The notes beneath the pieces were generated by a model. The model was given only the letters and a program-made list of their open reading frames with translations. It was not told where the DNA came from and ran no database searches. A stretch of DNA of 63,843 nt, counting the filler, from Octopus bimaculoides (taxonomy: Eukaryota), in assembly GCF_001194135.2 (NCBI RefSeq). It is 8 parts of 7 records of this genome, joined end to end, with 100 filler letters (N's around TTAATTAATTAA, not from the genome) between each part and the next. Parts side by side here need not be neighbours in the genome. Positions count along the whole stretch, not along the records: positions 61,972 to 63,843 come from NC_068991.1; 7 more parts are not named here. One strand, given 5' to 3'. Of this stretch, positions 62,910-63,843 are shown one piece after another. Position 1 is the first letter of the stretch, and the number at the start of each line of letters is the position of its first letter. A program made the translations under genes and the position numbers.

Positions 62910-63843
62910 CTCGTACATACATAAATACCTATACACATGCACTTACAGACACACACACATATACTTTATGTATATACATATACATGTATATATGCATAAA
63001 GTATATATATGCGTGTATGTATGTATATACACTGCACACATATATACACACACACATACACACATACACGTGCATGAAACATATGTGTAATATTTGTATA
63101 TGCGTATATACGTGTTGTCATTAGTTGACTCACTACATTTTCTTTTACTTATTTTTTTTCTTTTGCTTTTCTTTTTTTTCTTTTCCTTCACTATTCTTTC
63201 TTCCTTTCCATTTCATATCTTCCTCAATCTTCAATTTTCAATCTTCATTCTTCTTCGCCATAATTCTTCTCCTGTCTTTGATTGGAGAATCTGATCTCGG
63301 CCATTGTTATTTGGGCACAATACTTTGGAGGACAAAGGTTATCTGGAAGACGTAGCTTAGTTATGCCGGTGGGTTAACAACGGTGGATGACGTTGTGGGT
63401 GGTGGTGAGCGGTGGTGGTGGTGATAGTGGTGCTGAGAGGTTTTGTATGACGGTGGTGGTGGTGGAGGTGATCGCAATCGTAGTGGTGGTGATGGTGATG
63501 ATTTTGGCGATGGTAGCGGTGATGGTAGTGGGGAGTTGATGGTGGTGGTAGTGTTAGTGTTTTAGTAGGGAGACGGTGTGGATGATACTGGTGGAGGCCT
63601 TGCAGATGGTGACTAGAGTTGTGTATGTGTGTGTGTGTGTGTGTGCGTGTGTGGTATGTGTATGATGTAGTGGTAGCGGAGGTAGGAGACCATGAGAGAC
63701 CGTAATTATGGTGGAGTAGGAGTGACAATAGGTGGTGGTGGGGGAATGTGTGACATATATGATGCATATACATTCGTGTAGGCACACACACACAACACGC
63801 TTGTCTGTGCATGTGTTTGTACATATATATATATATATATATA

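Overview
Metazoan non-coding DNA packed with transposable elements and interrupted by many assembly gaps. It is most likely an octopod cephalopod (Octopus-like); I infer this from the tRNA-derived SINE families, the Dong/R4, RTE, Penelope and Tx1 relics and the extreme microsatellite load, all from recall rather than a database search. I found no intact host gene, tRNA, rRNA or CRISPR array. The ORF track is almost all microsatellite or N-gap read-through, plus decayed TE coding fragments. Recognisable contents: a near-complete decayed DD34D mariner with a nested hAT-type MITE, an internally deleted DD37D (maT) element, a pogo-like relic, several MITE/foldback elements, two Helitron-like elements, and fragments of RTE (several subfamilies), CR1-like, Tx1/L1-like, Dong/R4 and Penelope retroelements. 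There are also about 35 SINE copies or fragments from at least five families, a solo-LTR candidate and an 18-bp minisatellite. The most unusual observations are: (1) a young MITE carrying a head-to-head (TAACCC)6/(GGGTTA)3 core, nested in another hairpin MITE; (2) an RTE ORF2 ending in three C2H2 zinc fingers; (3) a 3' tail shared by a Tx1-like LINE, an apparently ORF1-only element and a SINE subfamily; (4) a tandem array of hairpins in the 3' UTR of a recently active RTE. None is proven to be a new system; each has a stated test. All alignments and translations were done by eye.
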